Both the position numbers and the translations under genes were made by a program. The notes beneath the pieces were generated by a model. That model did not search any database. It saw nothing but the letters and a program-made list of their open reading frames with translations, and was not told where the DNA came from. Below are positions 26,377 to 29,984 of a stretch of 29,984 nt of DNA, piece after piece. Origin of the DNA: Paracoccaceae bacterium (GTDB taxonomy: Bacteria; Pseudomonadota; Alphaproteobacteria; Rhodobacterales; Rhodobacteraceae). Position 1 is the stretch's first letter; the number at the start of each line of letters is the position of its first letter. The stretch spans positions 1 to 29,984 of the forward strand of contig JBAVQZ010000085.1 of assembly GCA_049694515.1 (NCBI GenBank). The letters run 5' to 3'.

Positions 26377-26760
26377 ATGGGCTTCATCGACAATGTTCTT
26401 CGACTTGTGACCTGGTGGAATGGCCAGTCGCTGGGCACCCAGATTTACACCGCGCGCAAGGGCGTCAAGGTGGGTGAGGACGATCAGGGCAACCTGTTCT
26501 ACGAGACCCGCGACGGCAAACGGCGCTGGGTCATCTACAACGGCGAGATCGAGGCGAGCCGCATCAGCCCCGACTGGCACGGTTGGCTTCACCACACATT
26601 CGACGACGCGCCGTCCACGACCCCCCTGAAGCACAAGCCCTGGGAAAAGCCGCATCAGGAAAACCTGACCGGCACGCCGCTGGCCTATGCACCTCCAGGG
26701 TCGATTCGCCGCGTCCAGCCGACGCCGCGGAGCGATTACGAAGCGTGGAAACCGGAATAA
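26377..26760 (+). CDS. NADH:ubiquinone oxidoreductase accessory subunit, NDUFA12 (B17.2) family
   Basis: [42 protein letters not shown]. Confidence 0.92.
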   Translation: MGFIDNVLRLVTWWNGQSLGTQIYTARKGVKVGEDDQGNLFYETRDGKRRWVIYNGEIEASRISPDWHGWLHHTFDDAPSTTPLKHKPWEKPHQENLTGTPLAYAPPGSIRRVQPTPRSDYEAWKPE

Positions 26761-26767
26761 GTCGAAC

Positions 26768-27259
26768 ATGGCAGAAGACAGCACGGAAGTGATGGTGGGG
26801 GGAGCGGTCCTGGCGGTCGCGCTTGGGTTTCTCATCTATGTCGGCAACAGTGCCGGCATGGGAAGCGGCGCGGCGGGGGCCTATCCGCTGACCGCCTCGT
26901 TCCGATCGGTCGAGGGCATCGCCGTCGGTTCCGACGTGAAGATGGCTGGCGTCAAGGTCGGCACGATCACCTCGCTCAACCTCAACCCGAAGACGTTTCG
27001 CGCCGACGCGACCCTGACGGTCAGGAACGGGCTGGAGCTTCCCAGCGACTCGGCCATTCTGGTCTCGTCCGAGGGGCTTCTCGGCGGCAATTACATCGAG
27101 ATCGTACCAGGGGGCGCACCGGACAACCTGGAGCCGGGCGAAGAGATCCTTGACACGCAGGGCTCCGTCAGCCTGGTGTCGCTTCTCATGAAATTCGTCG
27201 GTGCGGCGGCAAATGGCGGCGGCGGCGGATCATCGACCGACGGAACGTCGAACCCGTGA
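26768..27259 (+). CDS. mlaD: MCE-domain outer-membrane lipid asymmetry protein
   Basis: N-terminal TM; GSDVKMAGVKVGTI, SEGLLGGNYIEIVPG, DTQGSVSL. Confidence 0.9.
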   Translation: MAEDSTEVMVGGAVLAVALGFLIYVGNSAGMGSGAAGAYPLTASFRSVEGIAVGSDVKMAGVKVGTITSLNLNPKTFRADATLTVRNGLELPSDSAILVSSEGLLGGNYIEIVPGGAPDNLEPGEEILDTQGSVSLVSLLMKFVGAAANGGGGGSSTDGTSNP

Positions 27260-27690
27260 TGCGGATGGCGCTTGTCCTCTGCCTTCTGGCGTCGCCCGCG
27301 GCGGCGCAAATTCTGGAACTGAACCCGCAGCCCGGCCCGTTGGGCATTGGCCCGGACGCGCCGGACATACAGGCCCAGCCTGGTCCGAAGGCGGCCGCGA
27401 CCGCGTCTGGTGGCGTTGTTCGCGTGCTAGACCGTGTTTCCGGCAAGGTCGAGGATATTGACCTGGCGAACGGAGAAAGCACCACCTACGGACGCTTGCA
27501 GATCGCGCTAGGGGAATGCCGCTATCCGGTGGAGGACCCGGCCAGCGATGCCTATGCCTATCTGACGATCCGCGAGACGGGCAAGGATGCCCCGGTCTTC
27601 GCCGGGTGGATGATCGCCTCGAGCCCGGGGCTCAACGCGATGGACGATGCGCGCTATGACGTCTGGGTGCTGCGCTGTAACAAGTCCTGA
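27256..27690 (+). CDS. Exported protein, DUF2155 family
   Basis: Signal peptide; LDRVSG, YAYLTI, FAGWMIASSPGLNAMDDARYDVWVLRC; conserved position after mlaD. Start at 27256 or 27259. Confidence 0.85.
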   Translation: MMRMALVLCLLASPAAAQILELNPQPGPLGIGPDAPDIQAQPGPKAAATASGGVVRVLDRVSGKVEDIDLANGESTTYGRLQIALGECRYPVEDPASDAYAYLTIRETGKDAPVFAGWMIASSPGLNAMDDARYDVWVLRCNKS

Positions 27691-28295
27691 GGTGTCGGCA
27701 CCGGCGGTGCGTTGAAATCCGCGGGCCGGCTCAGTGCTTCGCCCAACAGCCTGTGATAGGCGGCGCGGCTGATCTCCTTTCCGCCAAGGCTTTTGAGATG
27801 CTCCGTGATGAACTGCGTGTCGAACAGGGTGAAGCCGCCCTGGCGCAGCCTGTCCACGAGATAGGCCAGAGCGATCTTCGAGGCATCGGTGCGGCGCGAA
27901 AACATGCTTTCTCCGAAAAAGGCACCGCCAAGCGCAATGCCATAAACCCCGCCGACCAACTCCCCGTCTTCCCACACCTCGAGCGAATGGGCGTAGCCGG
28001 CGCGGTGAAGTTGCTGGCACAGATCGAAGATCGTGTGGTTGATCCAGGTTTCCTCGCGCGCCGCGCAGGCGCGCATGACTCCGGCGAAATCCGTATCTAT
28101 GCGGATCGTATAGGAACGGCGGCGCAGACTGCGCCGCAGCGAGCGGGAAATGTGGAAACCGTCCAGCGGAATAATTCCGCGTCTCCGCGGGTCGATCCAG
28201 TACACGTCGCGGTCGTCGCGGGCTTCCGCCATCGGGAAAACGCCCGCCGCATAGGCCTTGAGAAGCAGTTCCGGTGTCAGCTCCGGCGTGTCCAT
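27654..28295 (-). CDS. aat: Leucyl/phenylalanyl-tRNA--protein transferase
   Basis: AYAAGVFPMA, ISRSLRR, TWIN, AHSLEVW, LVGGVYG, FFGESMFS, DASK, DTQF..EHLKSLG. Confidence 0.95.
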   Translation of the reverse strand: MDTPELTPELLLKAYAAGVFPMAEARDDRDVYWIDPRRRGIIPLDGFHISRSLRRSLRRRSYTIRIDTDFAGVMRACAAREETWINHTIFDLCQQLHRAGYAHSLEVWEDGELVGGVYGIALGGAFFGESMFSRRTDASKIALAYLVDRLRQGGFTLFDTQFITEHLKSLGGKEISRAAYHRLLGEALSRPADFNAPPVPTPQDLLQRSTQTS

Positions 28296-28318
28296 GCACC
28301 CGTCCCGCTGCGGCCGGG

Positions 28319-29668
28319 TCAGGCGGCCAGGTTGGTTTCCAGCCAGCGCTCCAGCCAGTGAATGTCATAGGCGCCGTTCTGGATGTCTGGCTCCTGGAGC
28401 AGCGCGTCGAACAGCGGCACGGTCGTGTCCACGCCGTCCACGATCAGCTCTCCCAGGGCGCGGGAAAGCCGCGCCAGGGCCTCGGGCCGGTCGCGGCCAT
28501 GCACGATCAGCTTGCCGATCAGGCTGTCGTAATAAGGCGGGATCCGGTAGCCCTCGTAGAGTGCCGAATCCATCCGCACCCCCAGCCCGCCCGGCGCGTG
28601 ATACGCGGTTATGGTTCCGGGGCAGGGCGAGAAATTCGGCAGTTTCTCGGCGTTGATCCGAACCTCGATCGCGTGGCCGTTCAGCACCAGGTCGTCCTGG
28701 GTGAAGGACATCGGCATGCCTTCGGCCACGCGGATCTGCTCGCGCACCAGATCGACGCCGAAGATCGCCTCGGTAACGGGGTGTTCGACCTGAAGGCGGG
28801 TGTTCATCTCGATGAAGAAGAACTCGCCGTTCTCGTACAGAAATTCGACCGTCCCCGCGCCGGTGTAGTTGATGCGCGCCACCGCGTCGGCGCAGATCTT
28901 GCCGATACGGGCGCGCGTCTGGGCGTCGATGGCGGGGCCGGGGGCCTCTTCGAACACCTTCTGGTGGCGGCGCTGGAGCGAGCAGTCCCGCTCGCCCAGA
29001 TGCACCGCGCCGCCCTTGCCGTCGCCGAAGACCTGGATCTCGATATGCCGGGGCTGACCCAGGTATTTCTCGATATAGACCTCGTCATTGCCGAAAGCGT
29101 TCTTGGCCTCGGACCGGGCGTTCTGAAAGGCGTGGTCAAGCTCCTTGGCGGATTTGGCCAGTTTCATGCCGCGCCCGCCTCCGCCTGCGGTGGCCTTTAT
29201 GATGACCGGATAGCCGATCTCGCCAGCCACCTTGCGGGCCGTTTCCAGATCCGGAACGCCGCCTTCCGAGCCCGGTACGCAGGGCACGCCAAGCGCCTTC
29301 ATGGTTTCCTTGGCGGTGATCTTGTCGCCCATGATGCGGATATGCTCGGCCGTGGGGCCGATGAAGGCGATGTCGTGATCCTCGACGATCTGCACGAAAT
29401 TGGCATTCTCCGACAGGAAGCCGTAGCCGGGATGGATGGCGTCCGCCCCGGTGATTTCACAGGCCGATACGATGGCCGGGATCGACAGATAGCTCTGGGT
29501 GCCGGGCGGCGGGCCGATGCACACCGCCTCGTCTGCCATGCGGACATGCATCGCGTCGGAATCGGCGGTGGAATGCACGGCGACGGACTTGATGCCCATC
29601 TCGCGGCAGGCCCGGATTACGCGAAGCGCGATCTCTCCACGATTGGCGATCAGGATTTTCTCGAACAT
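28319..29668 (-). CDS. accC: Acetyl-CoA carboxylase, biotin carboxylase subunit
   Basis: [58 protein letters not shown]. Confidence 0.98.
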   Translation of the reverse strand: MFEKILIANRGEIALRVIRACREMGIKSVAVHSTADSDAMHVRMADEAVCIGPPPGTQSYLSIPAIVSACEITGADAIHPGYGFLSENANFVQIVEDHDIAFIGPTAEHIRIMGDKITAKETMKALGVPCVPGSEGGVPDLETARKVAGEIGYPVIIKATAGGGGRGMKLAKSAKELDHAFQNARSEAKNAFGNDEVYIEKYLGQPRHIEIQVFGDGKGGAVHLGERDCSLQRRHQKVFEEAPGPAIDAQTRARIGKICADAVARINYTGAGTVEFLYENGEFFFIEMNTRLQVEHPVTEAIFGVDLVREQIRVAEGMPMSFTQDDLVLNGHAIEVRINAEKLPNFSPCPGTITAYHAPGGLGVRMDSALYEGYRIPPYYDSLIGKLIVHGRDRPEALARLSRALGELIVDGVDTTVPLFDALLQEPDIQNGAYDIHWLERWLETNLAA

Positions 29669-29678
29669 CAGCGGGGCC

Positions 29679-29984
29679 TTATTCGATGATCATCAGGGGG
29701 GCGCCAAACTCAACCGGGGCGCCGTCCTCGACCAGGATCCGCTTGACGGTGCCCGCGTGGGGTGCGGGAATCTGGTTCATCGTCTTCATCGCCTCGATGA
29801 TCATGAGCGTCTGCCCTTCGCTGACCACGTCGCCGATGGTGACATAGGGCGCTGCGTCCGGCTCGGGTTGCAGATAGGCGGTGCCGACCATGGGCGAGGT
29901 AACGGCGCCCGGAAGCTGCGAGGGATCCTCGACCGGAGCGGCGGGCGGGTGCGATGCCGGGGCAGGCGCGGCGCTGTGCTGCAC
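29679..29984 (-). CDS. accB: Acetyl-CoA carboxylase biotin carboxyl carrier protein (5' end beyond the window)
   Basis: Ala/Pro linker, [15 protein letters not shown] biotinylation motif, VEFGAPL. Confidence 0.96.
   Translation of the reverse strand: MQHSAAPAPASHPPAAPVEDPSQLPGAVTSPMVGTAYLQPEPDAAPYVTIGDVVSEGQTLMIIEAMKTMNQIPAPHAGTVKRILVEDGAPVEFGAPLMIIE

Noticed and set aside
24964..26835. 623-aa minus-strand ORF opposite clpX and NDUFA12 (also 11843-13387, 13475-14776, 28274-29689)
   Set aside because: Antisense shadows of conserved core genes.
1..29984. CRISPR array, IS/transposase, integrase, prophage or defence system
   Set aside because: No regularly spaced repeats or matching protein motifs seen. 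The CPBP/'Abi' label alone is not evidence of abortive infection.

Overview
High-GC alphaproteobacterial (Rhodobacteraceae/roseobacter-like, inferred from gene content and order) chromosomal window with two parts. Left (1-~11170), accessory-looking DNA downstream of the 3' end of a tRNA-Pro(CGG): a flavin monooxygenase-like gene with a large LuxR-type regulator, then a TetR/AEC pair divergent from a probable shikimate/quinate catabolic operon (QsuD-like dehydrogenase, TRAP dctPQM, QsuB/QuiC-like dehydroshikimate dehydratase). Right (~11170-29984), mostly core genes: tRNA-Pro, aspS, cfa, CPBP membrane protein, carB, small K+ channel, ectABC-ask with a divergent MarR (EctR/CosR-like) regulator, clpP-clpX, NDUFA12-mlaD-DUF2155, aat, accC and partial accB. 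I found no CRISPR array, transposase, integrase or rRNA. The most unusual signals are non-coding: a cloverleaf-like structure in the tRNA-Pro leader with a loop complementary to that tRNA's anticodon loop, arm-site-like direct repeats beside the tRNA, and candidate operators for all three regulators. The CPBP protein also appears to lack catalytic residues. All calls come from reading the sequence and recalling motifs; no searches or folding programs were run.
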